A DNA stretch of 57,194 nucleotides, counting the filler, from Sphacelaria rigidula (taxonomy: Eukaryota): the NCBI GenBank assembly GCA_964200075.2. It is 8 parts of 8 records of this genome, joined end to end, with 100 filler letters (N's around TTAATTAATTAA, not from the genome) between each part and the next. Parts side by side here need not be neighbours in the genome. Positions count along the whole stretch, not along the records: positions 42,973 to 50,033 come from CAXNAA020016693.1; positions 50,134 to 57,194 come from CAXNAA020016694.1; 6 more parts are not named here. One strand, given 5' to 3'. The notes under the pieces were generated by a model, which was not told the origin of the DNA, searched no databases, and saw only the letters and a list, made by a program, of their open reading frames with translations. How positions within the stretch are numbered: position 1 is the stretch's first letter; every line of letters starts with the position of its first letter. A program made the position numbers and the translations under genes. Of the stretch, positions 46,699 to 57,194 are shown piece after piece.

Positions 46699-48679
46699 AG
46701 AAAGGTTGACTCACGTGCACTCGAGGGTTGGCACGGGTTGCACTCAACTGATTCACTGCTGGTCAGTACATGCGCTGAGTTTGTAGTAAAAATAGCTTTA
46801 GACAGATTTGTATCTGCTGCTCTTCTCTATGGAACCCCGGTGCTAGGTCCATGGTTGTTTTTTGTGATGAAGTGTGCATTTTCGACTCAATGACGGACGC
46901 ATTGCAAATCGCGTCTCGAGAGAGAAAGGTGGCGTGAAATATAAGCTTTAAAAAAATACCTTGGAGATGAGAATAAGCCTTTAATTGAGGAAGCTACTCC
47001 ACTTCCCGTTGCCGACATTGCTCCCTTTTCATGTAAACAATATACTGTTTTATTAGTACTGTTTTATAGTGCACTTTGTCCCTAGGTCGAAACCGGAGTT
47101 CGTCTGCCGGAATCTCACGAGTTCTGGTTAGATATTAATCAAAAAGAGCAACACTGTACGGAGTGCATTTCTGTACCAATATCCTCCATGAACATGTCGT
47201 GTTACGATCGTATTTCATGCCATCGGCATTGCTGCAGTATTCGCTCCACAGCAGCTTCGTGTAGTATGTGCTCCCCTTCCCCCTTCGCGAGTGATTACGG
47301 CTTCATATCAACGACTTCGTCCCTTTATCTATGCGCATGCGACGAACTTTCATGTTATAGTTGAGACTCCTGTATATCAAGGACCCGCTCCGCTGCTTTC
47401 TAAACCAACTCCCATGCGTAACACCAACCTCCCGCATCGGTGTACCCCGTCGAGGAAGACATGGTATCCGGGTGCTTGCAGGGTGTGCGGCTAGAAGGGT
47501 TTTGGCTTAACTTCAACGATGTAGAGGACGATGTGGGCATGCCCAATGAGAGCATTGGTGCGCATGGCAGAGTAGTATAGTCTTAATCCAAGAGAAAAAA
47601 AAAGAGAACAAATTTGGAACAGAATCCGATATCTTTTCGCCCCAATACTCATGCACACACCGCGCAACCCCGGATTCAGCAAGATGGGGTTGTTGTCTGT
47701 AGTCTACATGACATGTGGTCGAAGCTTCAGCACGTAAAAGCACTAACAGCGCTTGCACGGCCGTGTCTCCTGAAGTGAGCACCTCCACAGGCGATACCAA
47801 GATTGGTACCGCGTAAAATGACATCATCCAGAGTGTGCGCAATACGGATCGATGTATTCGTTTGCCGGGGCAGGAACCACCCAGCAGGAAGTGAGCGTAA
47901 CTGCGTGTCAACATATGCACCCACCGACGTCTCACGCAGGCTGGGCCGAGGGGGCTACGTTTTGAGGGCGTATCGATGGCATTGCCCAAATCCGTATTTT
48001 GCTTCGTGCAACTAGCGCACCACGTAAAATGTGCCACCGCTCCGAGAATATGCTGTCTGTGTTGTGGTCTACCTCTGTGCCAAGTTTCAGGCTGGTGACA
48101 ACAGACACGGCGGAGGAATCCACAAGCAAAATAACCCTTGATTTGTACTGAAGAGACAGTACTAAACCCTGTTAAACCGTCCGAAGATACATGAGGTGCG
48201 TATGATTTTTGTATGCGAGAATCTCGGTAGTTGTCTTGGTTTTTTGTTTTTTGGCGTAAGACTCAGTAATGCTGTTATTTTCAGTGAGCACTTGTGACAG
48301 TAATGATAACACACCCGATCGCCATGCCCGGGTCCCCCCACGTGGACCAAGCCATGTCATCCGAGTTGAATGGAATATTTCTCTGAGACTGCTCCTTATA
48401 ATAAACAAAAATCCCCGAAATAGATATTTTTGCCACTTTTTGTCCAGGATTTTTGTCTGGCCACTTCCTACAGGAAAAAAATCGCCCGATGAAAATCTCA
48501 GATTCTTGTCCGGGCCGAAAACTCGGCCGAACCCAGACAAAAATGTGCATATTTTTGTCTGAGAAAAAATCCCAGATAGAAATCTTCATCACAGGAAACG
48601 CCTCCTGCGGACACCACCAGTACTATCCCTTCTGTGCAGCCCGCACCTCGCACAGACTCCAGTCGTCAGCGCTATAGAG

Positions 48680-49132
48680 CCATGGAAGTCAAGGACTCCG
48701 ACTCTTCCGATGACGATATACGCATGGCTACGGCCGTGGCCGCGGTGACCAACGTGAACACGATGGTGTTGGCGGCCGGCCAGGAAACTGGTCAACGAGA
48801 TGCAGTCTAAAGACACAGGGCACCCGGCACCCGCCAGGTGACGATATGGACGACAACGATGGCGGCCGAAAAGCGCCAGCACGCCGGGCCGTGTACGAGA
48901 GGCCGGATTATGATGACACAGCATGATGGAGAATGCTTGCGAACACGAATGCACTACTTGAGCCAGAGTCGTAAGCAGCCCGAAAATTGAAAATTCCAGA
49001 ACCGTGTCGCATTCCCTATCCTGCATATGTCGAGCCCATGAAGGTGGTTGAGGGCCAAACCGGGAGAAGCCATGGTTTTCATCGGGCAAGGAGAACGCCT
49101 CAGGCCGGCGAAGCGTGCCTCTCCGCCTCAAG
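48680..49132 (+). pseudogene. Degenerate PIF/Harbinger-type transposase N-terminal region
   Basis: Across stops and frameshifts reads acidic leader, RRAVYERPDYDDTA*WRMLANTNALLEPES*AARK...RIPYPAYVE...KPWFSSGKENASGRRSVPLRLK. This resembles the 'WW.ML...DP.S...FR.RFR.PY..F..L...WF....GR...PL.LK' segment that precedes Harbinger DDE domains. Ends at a GTAAG donor-like site; the DDE core is not seen. Confidence 0.55.
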
Positions 49133-49326
49133 GTAAGCCATGATCTGTAGCCATATCTATGTTGTGGAGAGCACTGACCCCATCCAACTTGCTATGTGTT
49201 CCGCATTGAGCTACAGTAGCACTGTCATTACAGCGTGGGACAGCACAACACTGTTACAGTCAGTATATATAATCCTGTACGAAGTATATAATACTGTACA
49301 GTACAGTACTGTAGTAGAGTATTGCA

Positions 49327-49610
49327 CAGGCACCGTAGGTAAGGTAGGTACCCGGTACCGGTATTTGGAACATCTCATACCTTACCGATACCGTTCCAAT
49401 CGGGTATTTTCAAATGTCATACCTATGATTTCTACGATACTTACAATACCGCGGTATTTCGAGATGTCAATACCTACCGTACCAGCTCAATCAGGTATTT
49501 CCAAACTCATACCTACGACACTTACGATACTTACGATACCGCGGTATTTCAATATTTCATTACTGTACCTACCGTACTCGGCCACTCGGGTATTTTCAAG
49601 TGTCGTACTT
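49327..49610. repeat. Internally repetitive element with ~75-bp subunits (ATACC/GGTATT-rich)
   Basis: GGTATTT.CAAA.TCATACCTA.GA...TACGATACTTAC.ATACCGCGGTATTTC occurs twice, plus partial units. Confidence 0.7.
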
Positions 49611-49958
49611 GGTCGCCCAGGTGGCTCAGTTGGTAACCCTCGAAACCTTTCGAGGGTTGGGTCGCAGGTTCAATTCTCGGAGCAATCTGGGATTTTTTCT
49701 CACACCATGTCCAACAGTGGAGAGCGACTATGTCGTGGGTACAAAAAATACGAGTTGACGGTGGACGAGGGAAAGGGACTGCTAAACCCCTCTCGCGATA
49801 AAAAATAAAGGCAAGCACTGCAAAAAAAGGAAGGTGGGGGCCTAAAAAAGAAAAAACTCCTATGTTGACCTTCCTCCTGTGTGACCCCGGCTGGTGCGCC
49901 CATATCTACCGAAAGATGTAGACCGGCGCCCAGAATAGATGGGACAACAACACACTCA
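49611..49958 (+). mobile_element. tRNA-derived SINE (family S), copy 2, most intact
   Basis: A box TGGCTCAGTTGG (49622-49633), B-box-like GGTTCAATTCT (49667-49677); body shared with the 54125 copy, 3' module shared with the 27197 copy. Confidence 0.78.
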
Positions 49959-50033
49959 ATTGTGGGACATTTTGAAAGTCATACTCAAAGTACCAGTGGT
50001 ACACATATTGAACAGTGTTTTCGTGAGATTGAG

Positions 50034-50133
50034 NNNNNNNNNNNNNNNNNNNNNNNNNNNNNNNNNNNNNNNNNNNNTTAATTAATTAANNNNNNNNNNN
50101 NNNNNNNNNNNNNNNNNNNNNNNNNNNNNNNNN
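50034..50133. other. Artificial contig linker
   Basis: N-TTAATTAATTAA-N, 100 bp. Confidence 0.98.
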
Positions 50134-50765
50134 CTACAAAGCCGGGACGGAGCACACCGGGTTCTCGCCGGACCAGGCTAAGGAGGGGGGGGGGGGGGTT
50201 CTCGCATGACCTTGCATGCAATATTTATGAAACTGTTGACCTTGCATCCCTACAAGACGGAGCACGCCGGGTTTTCGGCGGACTAGACTAGCAACCAATA
50301 TCCAAGCGCGAAGCGCCGTGGTGTGTTCGGCGTGTCGCATGAAAGGCGAGCTGCATCGTGATACGATTGTTCCGCCCGAAGCGTACTGATTATCTTGCAT
50401 TTGGATGACAGCCTACAATGAGTTGCTTTATGTTCTCATGTCGTCACTTCCAGAGACAGCCACGGCCTACACGCTGCCTCATGGGTGTCTCACCATTTAA
50501 ACACTACGTAGTACGATTATCCCCAATGCGCGAGTTGAGGTTCTCCCACCCCGCACAATATGATCTAGCTCAACCACTATCACGGTTACCGCAGAAAAAA
50601 ACGCAAGCATACAAAAAACCCGGTAACCTAAATGCCTAGCTTACGCAGTGAGTGGCGTGTTTTACAGCGTCATCGCCAACGGACGCCAACCCCGTGGGGG
50701 GTCCGCCTCCACAAAGCCGGAATAGATCACGCCGGGTTTTCGCCGGACCAGGCTAAGGGGGGCGG
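50134..50765 (+). repeat. Family A repeat: end of one unit plus a full ~590-bp unit
   Basis: The ~50-bp motif ACAAAGCCGGGACGGAGCACGCCGGGTTTTCGCCGGACCAGGCT occurs at 50136-50178, ~50252-50290 and 50711-50754. Confidence 0.88.
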
Positions 50766-51672
50766 GGTGTGGGCGGGTGGGTGGGTGTGTGGGTGTTGAG
50801 ATAGTATCATGTCTGATTGTTGGTTGTTTTTTACGCTGCACACATCCCACCGAGCTTTCGTAGCGTGCATGCATACCTTGATTATCTCGACAGCTGCCTC
50901 GGGATGTTCCACGTCGATCACTGGTGCGGACCACATGGTTTTTTTCTCGCTTCTTCAAGGTAGTCCGTGTTGTCACTCGCTTCGCCCCTGTTCAGTGGAA
51001 GTTAGTGCAGTACCGTGCGGTATGGTGGTAGCGGCGTAGCCTCGCCGTTCACCCTGCATGAGCAGGGCAGGCGAGCAACCACGAGGAAAACGCCAGTCGA
51101 TTGGCTTGGTGTTGGCTGGCATTCAAAGTCAACGAAACTACAATAGTCATGACAAACTGTTCGTGGCTGAGCCTTTCATGGTTCGGACGAATCATCGCCC
51201 GTTCGAATCACCAAATCCACGATTTTTCAGGTCTGGTTGCCCGAAAAAGATAAAAACGTCGACCGCTGATGGAAAAGGTTTCGGCGCAATTTTCGCGCCA
51301 TTCCACGTGCCTGGGCTGCGCGTACGTGGGTTACAACGCTGGTAACACTGCCTAAGGATTGATTCGTACGGTACAAATCAATCGCACTAAAATCAAGTAA
51401 ATTCCAGACGAATCATCAATTCGTCCGACCGTTGTAGTCTTTTACAAAACCACACTCCTGTAGGTGAGATCGGCCAGGCTCGTATGATGCCGTTTTTCAG
51501 AGACCCGATGATCCCCTCGCCGTCCTCCGCTGTGGAGGAATCTCAACTTGTGGCTGTCCTAACATAAAAAAAATAGCTATACTAGAACCATCCATCGTTA
51601 TCTTCACTCATGCTAGACATACGCTGCGGGTCATTCCTGCATTATATCTCGGTAACATGGGCAATGCGGCAG

Positions 51673-54600
51673 ACGTCCGCTTCGGTTTTGTCCTCGGGTC
51701 CCGAAGGTCCCACGGCGGGTATGCAGCTCAAGTTGGGGGTAACGGGGAGGTACTCATTTATTGCTTGCCGTAGCCGTTTGACCATTGACTACGCGTCCCT
51801 GTCGAGACGGAGGACTGAGGGGGGGAAGGGGGTCGTCGAAGTCAGCTTTGAAGTAGTGTACGCTACTGCATTCGAAGGATACGTGATGACACTTCCGGTA
51901 AAGATGAGCGCTGTGGCGAGCGTGAAGAGATGCTGTGATACCAGTACTGTTCCGGGTACCTTTTCTCGGCTATGGACGGGGGGAGGGAACGGAGGAAAGG
52001 AGTTCCCTCTTGATGCGCTTGGAAAACGGAATACGGTACATTATTTCGATGCAGAGACAAACGGCACAAACGTCGAACTTCGAACACTGTTTGGACTGCA
52101 GTGGCCAAGGCGTGGTCATAGATCAAAAAAAGGCGTCTTGTCAGTGACTTGAAAACAAAGAGACTCTGCTTGAACGGGACGGGGTGTGGAAGAGCGGATG
52201 CAATCAGTACGAATTCAGAAGATGGCTCGGGTTCGTACCGATAACTCAGCGTTTTCCGGACCATTGCCCGCCGCTAGGATTGGTTTTGCGTTGGAAGGAC
52301 TTTCGGGAGATAGTCAGGTGAGCTCCAATATACTCTTTGAGAATTACACCCCGCGCGTGTTTTGTCGCGACGCCTACGACGTCAGCAGCTGTGTACCGCT
52401 GCCAATGAATGTATTGTAGGGCCCTGAGCGTATCTCACCCGGGGCGTTCGAAAGAGTAATCTCGATTTTCTATTATATGTGTATACAACCCCCTCTCTCC
52501 ACAGTGCCGAAATTTCTTTTCCTACCAGAATATGCCAACAAGGTACTTTCAACGGTGTAGCTTCTACCGGCCCCGCACGCTCATGGACAGTGCAGGCAGC
52601 ACAAATCTGCACGTTGTTGGATTCCTTTTCACGTCGCATTGTAAGCAGAGAGAACTGATAGTCCTGAGCTGCCTGCACTGCACGTCGCCCGCTTCTCTTT
52701 CAAATCCTACTGTGTGTACGAAACACGCACACACGCACACGAGACACACTGCTTGCAAGTACAGACTGTCTGTACTGCTTTTGATTGACTGATTGATTGT
52801 CGCACTTTAACTAACCCCCCAGGTGTCCAGCCGTGGTCCCATGATAGATGTACCCAAGAAAATGTTATAGTGTACCGTTTCACGAATTTCACTGTCTTTT
52901 TTCGATCGAAAGCTCAAATATTTGCTTGGACCCAACTCGACAAAAAGGAACGAATTTCGCTCACATCAATTCCACCGCCTCATTTTTCCGATTGAAATAA
53001 AGAGTGCTAAGGGCGTGTCTTGGCACTTTTTTTTCGATCGAAAATGTGGGGTCGAAAACAAAAATCCTGATTTGGTAGGTCATGATTTCAACCATCTTCA
53101 AAATAAACGACGATGGTTGAAATTACGACGTATCAGATCAGGATTTTTGTTTTCCACCGCACTTTTTCGATCGAAAAAACAAAGTGCCAAGACACGCCCT
53201 AAGCCAGTAACGAGTCCCTAGAGGAGATGAGTAACCATTCTGACCAATCACGGCTATCAAAATGGTCACTGAACAGCTGAACGGGGGCACTTTGGACGAT
53301 CGCAGTCGATTCTTTCTTTGCTGGGGATTTGTGCTACTTAGTTGCAACCCATCTTGCACTCTTACTCGTGTTCGAAGGTGCAAGCAGTGATCATGCCTCG
53401 CGACATTCGCATGGCAGTCTTCTTACGCTGACCGCCGTTAAGGTTGGGGTTGCCGCAACCGGACCGTAACTTATCTAACCCGCGGTCACTGTCGAATATC
53501 GTAATGGCAGTCGACAATGGTGTGGAGCTCGCGAGCCTTGGTGTAAATTGCTGCGTAGTTGTGTTACTATAGTCGCAGGGAGACGCTCATTCACAAAGCA
53601 GAAATACTACTCCTCGAGCAATATCGAAGCACTGTTGTGCATTGCCCGTTCATAAATAAGCTAAGCTGGAGGCCTTATGCGCACCATGGAGCACCTACTT
53701 AGACTACAGAGGCCTTCAAGAATCACAAGGAAATCGACCCTCCCATGCCTCAAACGTCCACGGGGGCTCCCAAGCGGCAGGACAGGCACGTGCTGTTGTT
53801 TGGCCTTGCTCCAGTGTCTCAAGATTCATCAAATGTTGATCAAACTTACAACTACACTACACACGCGGCCATTCGGCTCGTGTTGGACATCCTCTATCGC
53901 GATTTTCATCCTCTCGAGGGTAAAGTGACCCTCCGGAAGATAAAAATAGCCCCTGTTGTAGCACCTTTACGTTTCCCGTAGGTCACAGTTTAGGTTTTGG
54001 TCAAACTTGCATTTCCAATAACGAACGGTCAACTTATCAAAAATCAGGGAAGAAACTCACATTATTTTCGTCCATTGACCGTTTGTTATCGAAAAAAAAT
54101 GCAAGTTTGACCAAAACCGAAATTGTTACCTGCGAGAAACCTTGTGACGGTTTGGTCGTTGTTTCGGACTTGGGAGCGATCTAGGATTTTTGCTCACACA
54201 ATACCTAACGGTGAAGAGCGACTATGTCGTGGGTACACAAAAGTCGACCCAACAGCCGACGAGGGAAACAGACTGCTGAACCCCCCTCGTGATGAAAAAA
54301 TAAAGGCAAGCACCGCAGAAGGAAGGTGGAGAACTAAAACAAAGAAAAACGACAAAACTCTCGTGTTGGGCTTCCTCCTGTTCGACCTAGGCTGGTGCGC
54401 CGACATATACCAGAAGGTGTAGACATGCGTCCAGAATAGTTGGCATGACGACACACAGACACACTTTATGCCTTCGCGAGGTCCCACAACACTTTTCAAA
54501 CCACGAGTATACCTAACCTCCAAGATAAGGCGGCCTGCGGAATACTGGTTCGAATTTTGACCGGCCCGGGTTCTAATCCCCAGCTCGTTGAGACCGTTCC

Positions 54601-57010
54601 AGAGCACCTTTGCGTTTCCTGTAGGTCGCAATTTTGCTCTTGGCCAAACTTGCACTTTCAATAATAGCAAACGGTCGAGTTAAAAAAAAACTAGCTGTTC
54701 TTCTCCTGTTTGCTGATAATTTGGCCGTTTGTTTTTGAAAATGCATGTTGGGTCACAACAAAACTGCGACCCACGAGAAACGTAAAGGTGTGTTGGAACG
54801 GCCTCAACGAGGAGAGAAAGTTATTTCAAGGTGTCGACATCGACCTATCCCTCTTTTCGGGCGAAAGACGACGGGGAAGACCCAAGAAGGCAATTTTGTA
54901 CAAGGTTATATTTTTCATACATTTTAAGTGGCCTTGCCATGTAGGATCGCGGAGGCATTCCGAGAGAAAAAGTGGATTTTTTTTTTTTTTTCTTGTTTGG
55001 AGAGAGAATTCGGGGCGTTCTCGTGAGGATGTGGTCTTCACTGTACTGAACCGTCCTCAAGTCAGGAAACAAATGAAGAACTAACATGTCTCATGTTTTT
55101 GGTTCGTGACGCGCTGCTGGCGAGGTATCACATAGATTTTTGAAACACAAGCACAATCCCTGGCCGGTAACGGTCGTCGTTCTTCGTGTAAATGCTCTGT
55201 TTCTCGTCTTCCTCTGCTAGCTCTTTGATTTGAAGGTGTGAATAGTATCATCTCAGGGCTGTGAATTGGCTGCTTTGGCCGGTTAAGTTTAAACTGGCCG
55301 CGCCAGCGGCCAGTACATCGATGTTTTCCCAGTTAATCTACTGCCGAAAACGCCCCCCCGCGGCTGGTAGGGGATGATCGTACCACGTAGTGTTTGAATG
55401 GTGAGGCACCCATGAGGCAGAGTATAAGCCGTGGCTGTCTCTGGAAGTGACATGAGAACATGAAGCAACTCATTGTAGGCTGTCATCCAAATGCAAGATA
55501 ATCAGTAGGCTTCGGGCCGAACAATCTCAGCAGGATGTAGCTCACCCTTCATGCGACTCGCTGGACACACCACNNNNNNNNNNCGGCGAAAACCCGGGGT
55601 GCTCCGTCCCGGCATTGTAGGGATGCGAGGTCAATGGTCTCATGTCTTTAGCATGCATGATCATGAGTACACCCCTCGGCTGGTGAGGGGGGGCCGCGGG
55701 AGCGCCGCCGGAGGTGAGAAAAATTTCGTTATTTGGGTTGTTTTTCCTCCAAAAACGTTGAAAATTGTAGGAAGTGTAACCCCTCACATTGAGGAGCTAA
55801 AAGGCTTAGAGATGACATTCAAATCCCATGCAAAGCGGTGAGCGCTTCGAAAATCATGCATCTGTGATATGTAACAGCAGACTCTCCGTGAGATGCAAAC
55901 ACGCCAAGGCTGGCAGCACGCAGGGATAAGGTATGCTAAATAAAAAAATATATAGGCCTATACTTTTGGGATGGGGAGAGTTTAGGGCGTTCTCGTACAA
56001 AAATGGTCGTAATCATACTAAAACGCCCTAAACCAGTGAAGAAAACAAGAACAAAAACCTGGCTCACTTTGTTGGTTCATGATGCCCTGGTGAGGTCCCA
56101 CACACAAATTTCAATACACAAGCACCAAACATGGACCGGTAAGTGGCCTGCAAAATACTGTTCCGAATTTTCACCGACCCGGATTGTAAACAGCTCATTC
56201 GCAATACTTTTGGAGTTGAACCCTAAATTTTGGTGTGGACAACCAATAGGGCATGATAGAAAATTTAGAGACAACAGTCACTTATCATGTTTCAATCAAA
56301 TGCCGTCAAGTCATGAGAAAAAAACGATCCATACACATTTTTTTCATTATATCCTGCTGATTGTCCACAACAAATTTTGGAGTCCAACCCCACGTTTTAT
56401 GTTGCGAATGGGCCTGCAAACTTCATATCCACTTCTAGGCTGGCCCAGCTCCTACAACGATTACTGTCTGTACTTGTTTTGCTGTCAGGTGGAGGTCCCC
56501 ACTCTACTGTCATTTTGTTCGTAATGATGTAAGCATCTTCGTTATAAACTCACTATACGAAAATTGGTATAAACATAACCGGTAACAGCACACTTCAAAT
56601 AAACTGGATAAAGTGGAGTCCTCATCACCAGTTCCAGTTCAACTCCAGTTCCAGTTCAATCGCCAGTAGAAACTAGTTCAGCTCACAGCCCTTCATTATC
56701 TCCTTGTACCCTGTGACCACGGGTTCGACTAATGGAGCTCATGTGACTAAAAAAACACGACGAATCTAATGACGCAATGCTGAAGGCACCAAAGCACGGT
56801 ACAGCTGCCTCCGTACCGCGAGGCTCATCTCCGTTCTTGTACGCAGCAGTTCGGGCGGGAGGGCATCGAGAGGGGACTCTTCGCTTCGGGTATGCAGGCT
56901 TGGTCTGTAATCTCGAACACCGTGGCGCACGTTGCGAGTGCTTGGAGGTAGTGTATAGCAAATTTGTGGAAGAGTTCCGCGACCCATCGAGAGGCATCAC
57001 GCTTGGCGAG
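51673..57010 (+). CDS. Hypothetical protein, internal exons (no family recognised)
   Basis: Phase-compatible candidate exons 51673-51897 (TSASVLSSG...FEGYVMTLP), 52219-52317 (KMARVRTD...GDSQ), 53703-53919 (TTEAFKNHKE...ILYRDFHPLE), 56847-57010 (AVRAGGHREGTLRFGYAGLVCNLEH...ITLGE) with AG/GT ends; no homology support. Confidence 0.5.
52781..52842 (-). mobile_element. LINE/SINE-type 3' end with (CAAT)n tail
   Basis: Reverse strand GGGACCACGGCTGGACACCTGGGGGGTTAGTTAAAGTGCGACAATCAATCAGTCAATCAA. Confidence 0.55.
53011..53199. mobile_element. Tourist-like (PIF/Harbinger) MITE, almost fully palindromic, TAA TSD
   Basis: TAA|GGGCGTGTCTTGGCACTTT...AAAGTGCCAAGACACGCCC|TAA; arms pair over ~85 bp. Confidence 0.85.
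53950..54140. mobile_element. Foldback MITE (family M), copy 1, right end abutting SINE
   Basis: GGTTTTGGTCAAACTTGCATTT...AAATGCAAGTTTGACCAAAACC inverted arms; homologous to 54584-54811. Confidence 0.7.
54125..54465 (+). mobile_element. tRNA-derived SINE (family S), copy 3 with degraded head
   Basis: GAGCGACTATGTCGTGGGTACA.AAAA...GACGAGGGAAA..GACTGCT.AACCCC.CTCG.GAT.AAAAA.TAAAGGCAAGCAC.GCA shared with 49720-49825. Confidence 0.75.
54584..54811. mobile_element. Foldback MITE (family M), copy 2
   Basis: CTCGTTGAGACCGTTCCAGAGCACCTTTGCGTTTCCTGTAGGTCGCA vs reverse complement of right arm CTCGTTGAGGCCGTTCCAACACACCTTTACGTTTCTCGTGGGTCGCA. Confidence 0.8.
55365..55676 (-). repeat. Family A repeat, reverse orientation, contains 10-N gap
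   Basis: Reverse complement of the 50180-50520 body. Confidence 0.85.
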
Positions 57011-57042
57011 GTGAGGGCTACCATGGACAGGGTGACAAAAAC

Positions 57043-57194
57043 ACGTGATCATGCATGCCACAGTCACAAGACCATTGATCTCGCATCCCTACAATGCCGG
57101 GACGGATGACGTCGGGTTTTCGCCGGACCAGGCTTCCACTCAATCACCAAGTGCGAAGCACCGTAGTGTGTTCGGCGAGTCGCATGAAGGGTGA
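57043..57194 (+). repeat. Family A repeat 5' part at window end
   Basis: GATCATGCATGCC...GACCATTGATCTCGCATCCCTACAATGCCGGGACGG...GGTTTTCGCCGGACCAGGCT. Confidence 0.85.

Noticed and set aside
47513..48037. 174-aa minus-strand ORF and other contig-7 ORFs (43258-46423) as host genes
   Set aside because: No recognisable motifs and no consistent chain of phase-compatible exons
7064..50133. Regular ~7.16-kb periodic TTAATTAATTAA motif as a biological repeat or array
   Set aside because: Embedded in fixed N runs; an artificial linker between size-sorted contigs
50180..50760. Retrozyme (hammerhead-containing) interpretation of family A
   Set aside because: No CTGANGA...GAAA hammerhead core found on either strand by eye
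1583..57010. Functional cluster of kinesin-5, DHHC, TTC4, DUF1990 and retroelement genes
   Set aside because: Each gene is on a different contig; adjacency is an assembly artefact

Overview
Eukaryotic genomic DNA, most likely a brown alga (Phaeophyceae, Ectocarpus-like). This is inferred from short GT-AG exons in kb-scale repeat-filled introns and the repeat style, not from a search. The window is not one locus. It is eight unrelated contigs of 7063/7062/7062/7062/7062/7061/7061/7061 bp, sorted by size and joined by artificial 100-bp N-TTAATTAATTAA-N linkers, so adjacency across linkers has no biological meaning. Contig 1: 3' exons of a kinesin-5 (BimC box) gene. Contig 2: degenerate Ty3/Gypsy pol (RNase H, integrase) with a chromo-like plus Tudor-like C-terminus, interrupted by a 248-bp TIR element with a 4-bp TSD. 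Contig 3: DHHC palmitoyltransferase exons. Contig 4: 5' exons of a TTC4/Cns1-like TPR co-chaperone. Contig 5: 3' exons of an unknown coiled-coil protein. Contig 6: near-complete DUF1990 gene plus a decayed RTE-like LINE. Contig 7: PIF/Harbinger transposase relic, possible hAT relic and a SINE. Contig 8: exons of an unknown gene among MITEs. Recurrent repeats are a ~0.6-kb non-coding element with internal direct repeats (possibly Sower-like), a tRNA-derived SINE, several foldback MITEs, and a conserved 3'-terminal GACCACGG-hairpin-GCTAATGT motif seen 8 times. I found no convincing new multi-gene system; the best leads are transposon-level.
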